Shown here one piece after another: positions 9,703-19,056 of a stretch of 64,000 bases of DNA; the stretch's first letter is position 1, and every line of letters starts with the position of its first letter. The stretch lies in the IMG/VR virus record IMGVR_UViG_3300027983_002388; one strand, written 5' to 3'. A program made the translations under genes and the position numbers. The stretch comes from a virus. Lineage: Duplodnaviria > Caudoviricetes. The notes under the pieces are model-generated. The model did no database searches. It saw only the letters and a program-made list of their open reading frames with translations, and had not been told where the DNA came from.

Positions 9703-10221
9703 ATGAGAAATTCACCAAGATTGAATCGTTTTGAGAAGCGAACAATGCACGCCGAGAAGCTGAAGAACGACATGAGCGGCACAGGCGTCTACGTGTATGA
9801 GAACAATACTGAGGGTGATTTGAAGCTGCCGAAGCCGACAGATTCAGGGGTCCGTCAGATTTCTCCAAAAAACAAACCTGGATGTCGATTCCAGGGAGAC
9901 AGTTACTATCTACAATGGGTTGGTTCGCCAATGAATCTACTCAAGCTGGTTGAAGAAGTGGTTCCAAAGATGACTCATGTGGAACTAATGGAACACCGAG
10001 CCAAACAAGAACAATTACTGGAGGAAGAAGCTATGGCAAATGAGCGACAACTATTGCTAGACCAACCTGATTGCATCACTCATCACGGCAAGATCGAGAG
10101 AGTGGTCACAGAACCGGGCCAGCAACCGATCAACGACAATACGGACCTTTCTCAGAAGAAACCTGCCGAGGTTCTTTTGACGGAAGACCCATTGGATGGC
10201 ATTGAGATTATCCTGGGCTAA
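9703..10221 (+). CDS. Hypothetical protein
   Basis: SD AAGGA 8 nt before ATG 9703; terminator follows. Confidence 0.6.
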   Translation: MRNSPRLNRFEKRTMHAEKLKNDMSGTGVYVYENNTEGDLKLPKPTDSGVRQISPKNKPGCRFQGDSYYLQWVGSPMNLLKLVEEVVPKMTHVELMEHRAKQEQLLEEEAMANERQLLLDQPDCITHHGKIERVVTEPGQQPINDNTDLSQKKPAEVLLTEDPLDGIEIILG

Positions 10222-10248
10222 ACCCACACGTCAATACAAACAACGACT

Positions 10249-10281
10249 ACAGCACCCGAATATCGGGTGCTGTTTTTATTT
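10249..10281 (+). terminator. Intrinsic terminator
   Basis: acagcacccga-ata-tcgggtgctgt plus T tract. Confidence 0.8.
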
Positions 10282-10290
10282 ACAGCCGAT

Positions 10291-10319
10291 TTTACAAGTC
10301 CCTGTCTCCGTGGTATGAT
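10291..10319 (+). promoter_or_regulatory. Early sigma70-type promoter
   Basis: TTTACA-N17 (ending CGTGG)-TATGAT; one of six matching copies. Confidence 0.75.
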
Positions 10320-10441
10320 CCGAATCACAGCGTGTTTTGCCAAAATATTCACGCATGAAAAATTTGACGACAGGTCGAACCAAACGATCTCGAATCTCTC
10401 TAGGCATTTGATCGGTCGTCACTCAAATCTGTGGAGCAACC

Positions 10442-11740
10442 ATGTACACTCTGTTTTTGCAGCGGGTTTTGTCGAAAAGAAGCGGCGACGATAAAATTCA
10501 GGCGCAAATCGAATACATCCTTCAGCGTGGAATGGCCGGAACCCGTGGAAAAACCTGGAAGGCCGAGCCGCATCGCCTCCCGCCCATCCAACAAGAAAGC
10601 GGCAATTGGCTATTCAAATATTGCATTACCTTTGAGAAGGTGCGTGGCGACCGGGGACAACAAGCTGAATACAGTCAGTGGGAAGAAATCAAAGCAATGC
10701 TCCAACAGACCGGAGCAATCACTCGCTTTCAGCCTTTTCCTTGGACTGTTCAAGTTGCTCCCAATGTCGCTCTTGTTGCGACTGCTGCTCCTACGGTTCA
10801 GACAGCGGAACCCGTTGAATTAGACCCAAACGCTATTGCCACGACTCCCTTGCCGCAACCTGAAGGGTTTGAGGGTGTATTGGACGGTATGCTCACACAG
10901 ATTTTGGGCGGCGTCCGCACGGTTGGACAATTTGGTCCCGCCAAAAAATGGGACCAACTGATTGTTCCACCCGAACTATTGGGCAGAGACAGCGATGCCC
11001 ATCTTGCAGAACATCCAGCGTGGAAGAACCTCTATGGAGTCAACCCTCAGACTCGCATCATCCTGAGCAACATCAAGCGAGCGCACGAAACGAACGGCGA
11101 AAGTCGTAATCATGGCGTATTGTTCGGTCATGCCGGTTGTGGGAAAACAACTACGATGTTTGCATTGGAAAGTATGTTTGGTGCTGACGCCGTATTGAAG
11201 CTAGATGCAACCAGCACAACCAAAGCTGGTCTGGAGAAGATGTTCTTCAACGACCTGAACGAAATCCCGCCGTTGGTGTTCATGGAAGAGGCTGAAAAGG
11301 CCGATCCTGAAGCCCTGAAAATTTGGCTTGGCGCTCTCGACGACCGTGGAGAAATTCGTAAGGTCAACTTTCGAGTCAACCAACTTCGGTCGGTCAAGGT
11401 ATTGTTCCTCTGCTCTGTCAACAACAAAGCCGCATTCGACAAGATGATGGGAAGTGACGGAACGGAAGCTGGCGCTCTATCCAGCCGGTGTGTGACTCAG
11501 GTGTATTACCCCCGTCCAAGCAAAACTGTATTGCTCCAAATTCTTGATAAAGAAGTTCGAGAAAAGGGTGGTCGCCAAGAATGGATTACTCCCGCAATTC
11601 AACTTGCCACTGAAATGGGCATCACTGATCCTCGTATTGTTCGCAGCTACCTTGCTGGTGGGGACCGATTGCTCGATGGAACCTACCAGCGTGACTGGCA
11701 GGCGATTCATCAGGCTCAAAATACCTTCAACAAAGCGTAA
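10442..11740 (+). CDS. AAA+ ATPase
   Basis: Walker A GHAGCGKTT, Walker B-like VFMEEAEK, arginine-finger segment ALSSRC. Confidence 0.8.
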   Translation: MYTLFLQRVLSKRSGDDKIQAQIEYILQRGMAGTRGKTWKAEPHRLPPIQQESGNWLFKYCITFEKVRGDRGQQAEYSQWEEIKAMLQQTGAITRFQPFPWTVQVAPNVALVATAAPTVQTAEPVELDPNAIATTPLPQPEGFEGVLDGMLTQILGGVRTVGQFGPAKKWDQLIVPPELLGRDSDAHLAEHPAWKNLYGVNPQTRIILSNIKRAHETNGESRNHGVLFGHAGCGKTTTMFALESMFGADAVLKLDATSTTKAGLEKMFFNDLNEIPPLVFMEEAEKADPEALKIWLGALDDRGEIRKVNFRVNQLRSVKVLFLCSVNNKAAFDKMMGSDGTEAGALSSRCVTQVYYPRPSKTVLLQILDKEVREKGGRQEWITPAIQLATEMGITDPRIVRSYLAGGDRLLDGTYQRDWQAIHQAQNTFNKA

Positions 11741-11751
11741 GCAACTTAGTT

Positions 11752-12834
11752 ATGGGTCGTGAAATCAAACGTGTAGACACTGGTTTTGAGTGGCCATTGG
11801 AAAAAGTGTGGAAAGGCTACCAAAACCCATATTGCAAACATGCACATAACTGTGCTGCTTGTGATGGATCGGGCTACAGTACAATGGCAAATCTATACAA
11901 AGATCAATGGTATGGGTATCACGAATTCAATCCTGTTGCCTATGGCAGCGAATTGCTCACACCTGAAACTCCGGCATTAAAATCATTCGTGGAATTTCAA
12001 GTGGATCGCTCCATTCGAGATGCTGCCAATGGCACAGCTTTGGAATTCCATGCTGATTTTCGCTCGACACGAACTGGTACAATGTGCCATAAGACTAAAA
12101 ATGGTCTATACACTCGTGAAGAGGCCATTGAACGTGACTGCAATCGACTATTGGAAATGTGGAACGAGCAATGGAGCCATCATCTGATTGCAGTTGATAT
12201 TGCTGCATTGGTTGAGGGAAATCGGCTTTATGATTTGACTCGACAACGATTGAAAAATATTCCATTGGAGGAATATATCCGCACCCGTGCATATTACTTG
12301 TGGGTAGATGCTGGTCGTCCTGAAGGCGATGCGTCACAATTTTGGGAAATAGCCGCCAAAGAACACAGTGGTCCTTGGCTCCCGTTCTGGAACGGGCATA
12401 CCCCCACGCCAGAAGAAGTCAATGGCTGGAGCATCGCTGGCTTTGGTCACGATTCCATCAATTGTCACATTTGCATTGAAGCTCGATGTAAACGTGAAGG
12501 ATATTCCACGGAATGTGAAGTGTGCAAGGGAAAGGGTTCTATCTGGCAACCGGCAGAAGCCGAACAATGGGCTGAAGATTGGGTAGAAGAAAAACCGCCA
12601 GCAGGCGAAGGATACCAAATTTGGGAGACAGTATCTGAAGGTTCTCCAATCTCGCCCGTATTTTCCGACCCACGCATCCTGGCTGAATGGATGGCAAATT
12701 CCCCAACATGGGGTGCCGCCGAACCAATGTCTGCTGATCGGTGGTTGGAATGGATTGTCGGCCCAGGCTGGTCCCCGTCCGGCATGATGATAAATGGCGT
12801 CTACAAAGATGGCGTTGCCGCAATGACTGAGTAA
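11752..12834 (+). CDS. Cys-rich phage protein with internal DUF2934-like segment
   Basis: CAACDGSG and CEVCKGKG motifs; IRTRAYYLWVDAGRPEGDASQFWEIA. Confidence 0.65.
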   Translation: MGREIKRVDTGFEWPLEKVWKGYQNPYCKHAHNCAACDGSGYSTMANLYKDQWYGYHEFNPVAYGSELLTPETPALKSFVEFQVDRSIRDAANGTALEFHADFRSTRTGTMCHKTKNGLYTREEAIERDCNRLLEMWNEQWSHHLIAVDIAALVEGNRLYDLTRQRLKNIPLEEYIRTRAYYLWVDAGRPEGDASQFWEIAAKEHSGPWLPFWNGHTPTPEEVNGWSIAGFGHDSINCHICIEARCKREGYSTECEVCKGKGSIWQPAEAEQWAEDWVEEKPPAGEGYQIWETVSEGSPISPVFSDPRILAEWMANSPTWGAAEPMSADRWLEWIVGPGWSPSGMMINGVYKDGVAAMTE

Positions 12835-12843
12835 TTTTCTCTT

Positions 12844-12870
12844 CCCCATGACGTAAATAACGTCATGGGG
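12844..12870 (+). promoter_or_regulatory. Perfect 11-bp hairpin with TAAATA at the loop, covering the ATG of the next gene
   Basis: ccccatgacgt-aaata-acgtcatgggg. Confidence 0.55.
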
Positions 12871-13635
12871 AAGTTTTCATTTCATCACTGGCTTAATCTT
12901 CAAGAAAACCAACACGTCGTTGAGATTCAGGTAGCACGCTTCCTTGAAGATATTCTTGAAAAAGCAACCGCTCACAAAAAGCAGGACATGCAGGCTGGTC
13001 AGCCAAATCAGACGTATACGAACTACGTCAGACAAGTTTGGCCACAGGACGCCATTCAAAATGGCGAATTTGTGTTGCCAAGCATCTTCCCTGCCGACAT
13101 TGCAGGTCAGCGAGTACAATTCAAACTCAAGCTGGGACATAATGCCGCCGACACCGTTCACAATAACGGCAAGTTCGAGGGCTTTGTCATCAATATGTAT
13201 CCATTCAACTATGCCAAAAGCATAGAAGATGTTGATCGTCATTTGATGACTCTCAAATCAGCAATGCACCATGAAGCGGAACATATCTATAACGTGGGTG
13301 CTGAATATGAATCCAATGATTGGGATGGCGACGACAAGCATCGCATGGCGATGCAATACATGAGCAATCCCGGAGAAATTCGAGCGCACGCTCGACAGAT
13401 GGCCTATATGTACGCCAAGCACTTCCCTGGTGAGCCATTTGATCTAAAGAAGGCACAGTCAATTCTGAACGGTCCTGGGTTCACCACTACCCATAAGAAC
13501 TACTTCAATGGCTTTGCCAAGCCTGACGTTTGGCAAAAAAACGTCAATAGGTTTGGATATAATCATGCAAATCCGCACGATCAAATCATGCCATTGGTGC
13601 CACAATTTTTGGCCCAATATCAGTCTCAGCCATGA
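12865..13635 (+). CDS. Zincin-like metalloprotein with capsid-targeting-like N-terminus
   Basis: Starts MGKFSFHHWLNLQE; HEAEH (HExxH) at 13270-13284; downstream YMSNPGEIRAH. Confidence 0.65.
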   Translation: MGKFSFHHWLNLQENQHVVEIQVARFLEDILEKATAHKKQDMQAGQPNQTYTNYVRQVWPQDAIQNGEFVLPSIFPADIAGQRVQFKLKLGHNAADTVHNNGKFEGFVINMYPFNYAKSIEDVDRHLMTLKSAMHHEAEHIYNVGAEYESNDWDGDDKHRMAMQYMSNPGEIRAHARQMAYMYAKHFPGEPFDLKKAQSILNGPGFTTTHKNYFNGFAKPDVWQKNVNRFGYNHANPHDQIMPLVPQFLAQYQSQP

Positions 13636-13747
13636 ATGCGGCATTGCTCCTTACGCCTGGGTCGTAAGAAAAACGACATGAGGGTTGCAACTTGGCGAGT
13701 CTTTCCTAAAATAGCTCGATCAATTCGTTCCCTTTGAGGATTTTCTA

Positions 13748-14008
13748 ATGAACCCCAAGGCTGTTGAGCTTGTCGATGAGTACGGCGACCAAGCGTATCA
13801 CGTCGCCGTTGAGTTTACCGTGCTGGCTACCCACATCGGGGACACGGTTGGTGCTGAATTGTTTGGAGAGTGTGCCAGAGATTTAATAGAGGCGGGCTTC
13901 CACAAGCACCGGAAAGAAAATGAAAGAAGATTTAGCTGGTGGAATTCGCTTCAGCGAAAGGATGAAACTCTACGAGGCGGGCTTCCACAAGCACCGGAAA
14001 GAAAATGA
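13748..14008 (+). CDS. Small hypothetical protein; 3' end altered by a local duplication
   Basis: SD GAGGA; ORF runs through the duplicated block. Confidence 0.45.
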   Translation: MNPKAVELVDEYGDQAYHVAVEFTVLATHIGDTVGAELFGECARDLIEAGFHKHRKENERRFSWWNSLQRKDETLRGGLPQAPERK

Positions 14009-14021
14009 AAGAAGATTTAGC
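13889..14021. repeat. Two identical 48-bp direct repeats, 85-bp period
   Basis: gaggcgggcttccacaagcaccggaaagaaaatgaaagaagatttagc at 13889-13936 and 13974-14021. Confidence 0.9.
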
Positions 14022-14102
14022 CGAAAGGATCTTCTATGGTGAAGAACCACGATTACATGAAGAACCAAGATTACAAACCGAAGAGGCGGCTTCGTAGTAA
14101 AG

Positions 14103-14133
14103 AAAAGACCCCGGTTTTAGCCGGGGTCTTTTT
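14103..14133. terminator. Bidirectional intrinsic terminator
   Basis: aaaagaccccgg-ttttag-ccggggtcttttt. Confidence 0.8.
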
Positions 14134-14135
14134 GT

Positions 14136-14642
14136 TTAGCGAATGTTTTCTTCCAACAACTTCTTCACCCTGTTGAGATGGACGTTCGTGTCGATACGAA
14201 GCTGGCCCGATCTAACTCGTGGGTTGTTTATTCCAGTGGATGTTTTGATATTGATAATTGCACCGCCTCTAATATCCTTGATTACAACTTCGGATTTAGA
14301 GTATTCCATCCCACCTTCAATGGATTCAATCATAGTTGATTTGAAAACAAAAATACCATTTGGTTTCTTTTCAATTGTTTCTTTTGCAATCCAAACGAAG
14401 ACTCCTTTGCTGGAATCTCTGCGAACTTTGAACTTGCCGTTGCCAAGGTCTTCAACAAGAGTTACGCCGGACGCTTCTCGAACGGCATCTCTGTGAGAAT
14501 CGACCCAATCAATTGTCTTTTGTGCAGTCGATCTAACTTCGATTTCTTTTTCGACCGTTGCTGCTGCATCTGCTGCATTGGCGATGTGTGGCATAAAGAT
14601 GCTCGTACCAAGCAATGCCAATAGAACTAACAAGTGTTTCAT
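14136..14642 (-). CDS. Exported protein with Sec signal peptide
   Basis: MKHLLVLLALLGTSIFMPHIANA-AD with AxA cleavage motif; SD GGAGG. Confidence 0.65.
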   Translation of the reverse strand: MKHLLVLLALLGTSIFMPHIANAADAAATVEKEIEVRSTAQKTIDWVDSHRDAVREASGVTLVEDLGNGKFKVRRDSSKGVFVWIAKETIEKKPNGIFVFKSTMIESIEGGMEYSKSEVVIKDIRGGAIINIKTSTGINNPRVRSGQLRIDTNVHLNRVKKLLEENIR

Positions 14643-14753
14643 ATCCCCTCCGTGTGAAATGTGACTTGAAGTGACTTCTGATGTTATATAGCCTCAATAT
14701 TTTGATATTGCACACTCCTTTATGTCGTCCAACCTTTTATCGGAGGAAACAAA

Positions 14754-15488
14754 ATGAAAGGCATTATTTTAGCAGGCGGGATGGGGACAAGACTTCATCC
14801 TTTGACAAAAGTAACCAACAAATGCTTATTGCCAGTGCATGATAGACCCATGATTTATTGGCCAATTCAAACACTTGTGGGCAGTGGCATCAAAGATATT
14901 CTTTTAGTATGTGGCGGGAACGCCGCAGGTGAATTTTTGAGAATCCTTGGCAACGGTGAAGAATTTGGCCTGAAACATCTTCACTACACATACCAGAAAG
15001 AAGCAAATGGAATTGCCGACGCTTTATCTTTGGCAGAAGAATGGGCAGACAATGAACCAGTAGCCGTAATTCTGGCTGACAACATTTATGAAAATCCGGT
15101 TCCTGAAGTTGTTACCGCCTTTGAAAAGAATCCTGATGGCGCACACATCTTCTTGACGCCAGTAGACCATCCAGAGTGTTACGGCGTAGTTGAAACAGAC
15201 GCAGCAGGAAAAGTAATAGGGATCGAAGAAAAACCTAAAGAACCGAAATCCAACTTGATCGCAACAGGGTTGTATATGTACGACGGAGGAGTTTGGGACT
15301 ACATCCGAACGCTCAAGCCATCCAAGAGAAACGAACTTGAGATCACCGATCTCAATAATCGTTATTTGGGCATTGGGAAGCTCCACGCTCACACAATCAA
15401 TGGTTGGTGGGCAGACTGCGGAGAAAGTCTCGAAGGATATACGCAGACGTGCTATGCAGCCAGCAGACTTGGAAAGAAGGCTGAGTAA
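14754..15488 (+). CDS. rmlA: Sugar-1-phosphate nucleotidyltransferase (RmlA/RfbA-like)
   Basis: GIILAGGMGTRLHPLT..NKCLLPV, IEEKP, RNELEITD. Confidence 0.85.
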   Translation: MKGIILAGGMGTRLHPLTKVTNKCLLPVHDRPMIYWPIQTLVGSGIKDILLVCGGNAAGEFLRILGNGEEFGLKHLHYTYQKEANGIADALSLAEEWADNEPVAVILADNIYENPVPEVVTAFEKNPDGAHIFLTPVDHPECYGVVETDAAGKVIGIEEKPKEPKSNLIATGLYMYDGGVWDYIRTLKPSKRNELEITDLNNRYLGIGKLHAHTINGWWADCGESLEGYTQTCYAASRLGKKAE

Positions 15489-15489
15489 A

Positions 15490-16377
15490 ATGAAAGTTGT
15501 AGTTTGTCCTTTGGTTAGTCGAGATGTCCCGAAAGCAATTAGGGCAGTCAACTCGATTCGCAACATGATGGCAACAACCGAAGTTCAGTTTTCGGTTGTT
15601 GCCATCATCAATTCGTTAAACGCTGAATTCATTCAGGAATTCAAAACTTGGTGCGACCAAGAATCTGTTGAATACAAAATAACGCCGTCCAAAGGAACTC
15701 CCGCAGCAGGTAAAAATCAATGCCTGAAGTTTTTCCGGGAATCTCAATATGATGGAATGTGCATGGTTGATGGTGACGATCTGTATTATCCAAGTGCCGG
15801 ACTCCAAATCGAGAGACACTTAAAGCATCACCCTGGCACTGATTTATTGATCGTCAAGCCATCCGATCAAATCAATAACTACAGCAACAATTCAGTCCAA
15901 ATAAAAGAAAAAGTACACGCCTGTTGTTGGGGCGACAATATATTCCCATTGCCATACACTTATGGACCCGCAAAACATGAAATGTTCTCCAACAGAGCGG
16001 CTGCTCACAACTTAGGCGGGCATGTTTTTTACAGTCGCAAATTTGTCGAACTCCTTGAATACGATGAAGACCAACTATTGGGAGAAGACCTCTTGTTGGA
16101 GTTCAAAGCATTGAAGCTGCATCAGGAAGGGAAGTTGTGCTTCTGGCTGAGTTTTGCCAGCGACGTTCAGTTTCTTGATCGAACAGGCGAATCAAATATT
16201 CAAGCGATAAAAAACGAAACAGACGGAGAGATGTATTACAACCGGCTGGTTGAAAAAGTAACGTCGATCCTTGATACAAATCGAAGTTCGTTCAATGAGC
16301 TTCCTGTGGAATTTCCCAAAATCATATTCGGTCATGCCGAAAAAATTGCGTGGATTGCCCAACAAGTCGTAGTCTAA
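15490..16377 (+). CDS. GT2-like glycosyltransferase
   Basis: GTPAAGKN, MVDGDD DxD motif, GEDLL; start at ATG 15490. Confidence 0.7.
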   Translation: MKVVVCPLVSRDVPKAIRAVNSIRNMMATTEVQFSVVAIINSLNAEFIQEFKTWCDQESVEYKITPSKGTPAAGKNQCLKFFRESQYDGMCMVDGDDLYYPSAGLQIERHLKHHPGTDLLIVKPSDQINNYSNNSVQIKEKVHACCWGDNIFPLPYTYGPAKHEMFSNRAAAHNLGGHVFYSRKFVELLEYDEDQLLGEDLLLEFKALKLHQEGKLCFWLSFASDVQFLDRTGESNIQAIKNETDGEMYYNRLVEKVTSILDTNRSSFNELPVEFPKIIFGHAEKIAWIAQQVVV

Positions 16378-16378
16378 A

Positions 16379-16407
16379 TTTACAAACGGCAAATTTCGTG
16401 GTAGAAT
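16379..16407 (+). promoter_or_regulatory. Early sigma70-type promoter
   Basis: TTTACA-N17 (ending CGTGG)-TAGAAT. Confidence 0.75.
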
Positions 16408-16490
16408 ACTTCCGTCACAACGCCCCTAAATGAAGCAAGCCCCGATGCAAGGTGCATCGAGGCCAAGGTATTCTCCAGAAAGGACCGAAA

Positions 16491-17906
16491 ATGAATTGGC
16501 TCAACAACATTTGCTGGCTTTCCGATTCGTACAAAATCAGTCACTACAAGCAGTATCCGCCTGGGACAAAACGAATTTACTCGTATTTCGAGTCACGATC
16601 CGGGTCGGTTCATCCTGCCACGACCTTTTTTGGCCTCCAATATTGGCTGAAGCAATATCTGGTTGGGCAAGTCGTAACCGCCGAAAAAATCGACAAAGCA
16701 GAACGGCTGTTTAACAAACACTTCGGCGGCAAGGTTTTTAATCGTGAGGGTTGGGAATACATCCTCAACGTCCACAATGGTCGCCTACCTGTCGAGATTA
16801 AAGCGGCCCCCGAAGGTACAGTGGTTGGAGAATCCAACGTGTTGATGACGGTCGAAAATACCGACGACAACGCATTTTGGTTGACCAACTATCTGGAAAC
16901 TTTACTGGTCCAGGTTTGGTATCCATCGACAGTCGCCACGCAAAGCCGAGCGATGAAGAAAGTCATCCTCGAATATCTTGCAAAGACAGGCGATACGGAC
17001 CTGATCCACTTCAAGTTACACGACTTCGGTTTCCGTGGGGTCACTTGCCCAGAACAAGCCGCAATCGGTGGTGCATCGCACCTTGTAAACTTCATGGGAA
17101 CCGATACGATTCTAGGGCTTGTCTTATTGGACGAATTCTATCATGAACCATGTGCTGGCTTCTCGATTCCGGCTGCTGAACACAGCACAATCACGTCATG
17201 GGGACGTGAACACGAAGTCGATGCTTGTCGCAACATGCTAGTTCAGTATCCAACCGGCCTCGTAGCAACAGTGAGCGATAGCTACGACATTTTCAACTGC
17301 TGTGCCAATATTTGGGGCGGCGTCCTCAAAGACGAAGTGTTGGCTCGTGACGGTGTTTTGGTTGTTCGCCCGGACTCTGGCGACCCTCCGACCGTTGTGG
17401 TGAAAGTGCTGGATATTCTTGGCGAGAAATTCGGCATCACGATGAACAACAAGGGATATAAAGTCCTGCATCCCAAGGTTCGAGTTATTCAAGGAGACGG
17501 CATCGACTTCAAGATGCTCGACCTGATCCTCTCAGCAATGGAAAAAGCTGGTTGGTCGGCTGACAACATTGCCTTCGGTTCAGGTGGTGGACTGCTTCAA
17601 AAACTCAATCGAGACACCCAACGATTTGCCTTCAAGTGTTCTTCGGCAGTTGTTGGCGATGAAGTCAGAGACGTTTACAAGCAGCCCATCACGGACGGCT
17701 GCAAGAAGTCCAAAGCTGGACGATTGAAGTTGGTCTGGTCAGACCGTCTCGGCCTCCTGGCGGGCGCACACGGCAAGGTTTTACAAACTGTGCCTGAGTC
17801 TGATCCACGTCCCGATCAGTTGCAGTTTGTCTTCAGGAACGGCGAACTTCTGGTTGACCAGACATTCGAGCAAGTTCGAGAAGCGACTAAACATACGATT
17901 CTGTAA
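16491..17906 (+). CDS. nadV: Nicotinamide phosphoribosyltransferase (NAMPT)
   Basis: SDSYKISH, LHDFGFRG, SIPAAEHS, VSDSYD, VRPDSGDP, IQGDG, FGSGGGLLQ. Confidence 0.92.
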   Translation: MNWLNNICWLSDSYKISHYKQYPPGTKRIYSYFESRSGSVHPATTFFGLQYWLKQYLVGQVVTAEKIDKAERLFNKHFGGKVFNREGWEYILNVHNGRLPVEIKAAPEGTVVGESNVLMTVENTDDNAFWLTNYLETLLVQVWYPSTVATQSRAMKKVILEYLAKTGDTDLIHFKLHDFGFRGVTCPEQAAIGGASHLVNFMGTDTILGLVLLDEFYHEPCAGFSIPAAEHSTITSWGREHEVDACRNMLVQYPTGLVATVSDSYDIFNCCANIWGGVLKDEVLARDGVLVVRPDSGDPPTVVVKVLDILGEKFGITMNNKGYKVLHPKVRVIQGDGIDFKMLDLILSAMEKAGWSADNIAFGSGGGLLQKLNRDTQRFAFKCSSAVVGDEVRDVYKQPITDGCKKSKAGRLKLVWSDRLGLLAGAHGKVLQTVPESDPRPDQLQFVFRNGELLVDQTFEQVREATKHTIL

Positions 17907-17948
17907 AATCAGAATAGATCAAGTACCACAATTTTATTCAGGAATGAT

Positions 17949-18352
17949 ATGACGAACTTCCAAGAATTCGTTGATCGTAAAAAAACGGTAAAAGTTGGCG
18001 TCGTTGGTTTTTCAGCCCAGAAGTTTGACATCTCTAAGGCAAAAGCCTATATCGTGGCGGCTTTTGACAAGATTGAAAAGGACTTCTCGCCGAAGAACAT
18101 TCATTGCATTTCCGGATTGACCGACCTTGGCATTCCAGCACTGGCGTACCGGGAAGCGCTCTGGAATACGACTTATTCAATGTCGATGAGACGATCTTGG
18201 TAGGGGAAGAGTGGGGCGATGAGAGCGATACATTCCTCTCCATGCTCGATGTCATGGTGAAGGTGGGCGGCGGTAAACAATCGGTAGCAGAGGCTGAAAA
18301 GGCCGAAGCGAACGGGTTGTCGGTGATGAAATTTGATTTGAAGGCCGAATAG
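17949..18352 (+). pseudogene. SLOG-superfamily protein split by a frameshift or deletion near 18155
   Basis: VGVVGFS..ISGLTDLGIPALAYREA in one frame; DETILVGEEWGDES..VKVGGGKQS..E in the -1 frame. Confidence 0.6.
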
Positions 18353-18441
18353 CAAGGTTCGTTGAAGGTACACCTTCGACGCTTCAGACGCTTCAGATTG
18401 TAGTCAAATTGCGATATTAGTCAATTAGTTGGTTGTAAACC

Positions 18442-19056
18442 CTAATTGTGACCTTTTCGGGCTTCGCACCAATCAGCAAAAGAGGTCTTATTTGGGAATC
18501 TCTTCTTAATTGCCCGCAAATGACCGGGCCAAGCCTCTGCGAATTTGGGATGCAATTTCATACCCTCCACCTTGTCCAAATCAGCCCATTCCGACGCATC
18601 GTGTTCTTTTGAAAGCTGTACGTCGAAAGGCTTTGCGACAGCCATCAGGTAGGTGTGAAAGTGATGTGCGCCATCTCTGGCGTGGAAGTGTCCGAACCGT
18701 TGTCCCTCTACGGTGCCGCATTCTTCTTTGGATTCTCGCCGAGCCACATCAAGTGGAGCTTCCCCTTCTTTGGCTTTTCCACCGGGAATGCCCCAATGAC
18801 CGGCGTAATCACTTGATCCATCTCTTTTCAACAAGAGAATCTTTTCACCATCGGTGAAAACGATGCCGCCGCCCAATCTACCCCAATATTTTTTGCCGTC
18901 TTTTCCGATCCGATGAAATTGTTCTGCCATGTCGGCCACAGTGGGATATATCTCCTGATGAGTTATTCCCCATTGTTTGCAAATATCGCAAAATGGAATA
19001 TCCGTTGTTTGTTCGTTTGTGATCGCTCCACAATGTTGACAAATATCGTGATTCAT
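18442..19056 (-). CDS. NUDIX hydrolase with N-terminal zinc ribbon
   Basis: Nudix box GGKAKEGEAPLDVARRESKEECG; CQHC..CDIC. Confidence 0.85.
   Translation of the reverse strand: MNHDICQHCGAITNEQTTDIPFCDICKQWGITHQEIYPTVADMAEQFHRIGKDGKKYWGRLGGGIVFTDGEKILLLKRDGSSDYAGHWGIPGGKAKEGEAPLDVARRESKEECGTVEGQRFGHFHARDGAHHFHTYLMAVAKPFDVQLSKEHDASEWADLDKVEGMKLHPKFAEAWPGHLRAIKKRFPNKTSFADWCEARKGHN

Noticed and set aside
18140-18170. Programmed -1 frameshift in the SLOG gene
   Set aside because: No X-XXY-YYZ slippery site, and the joined protein appears too short.
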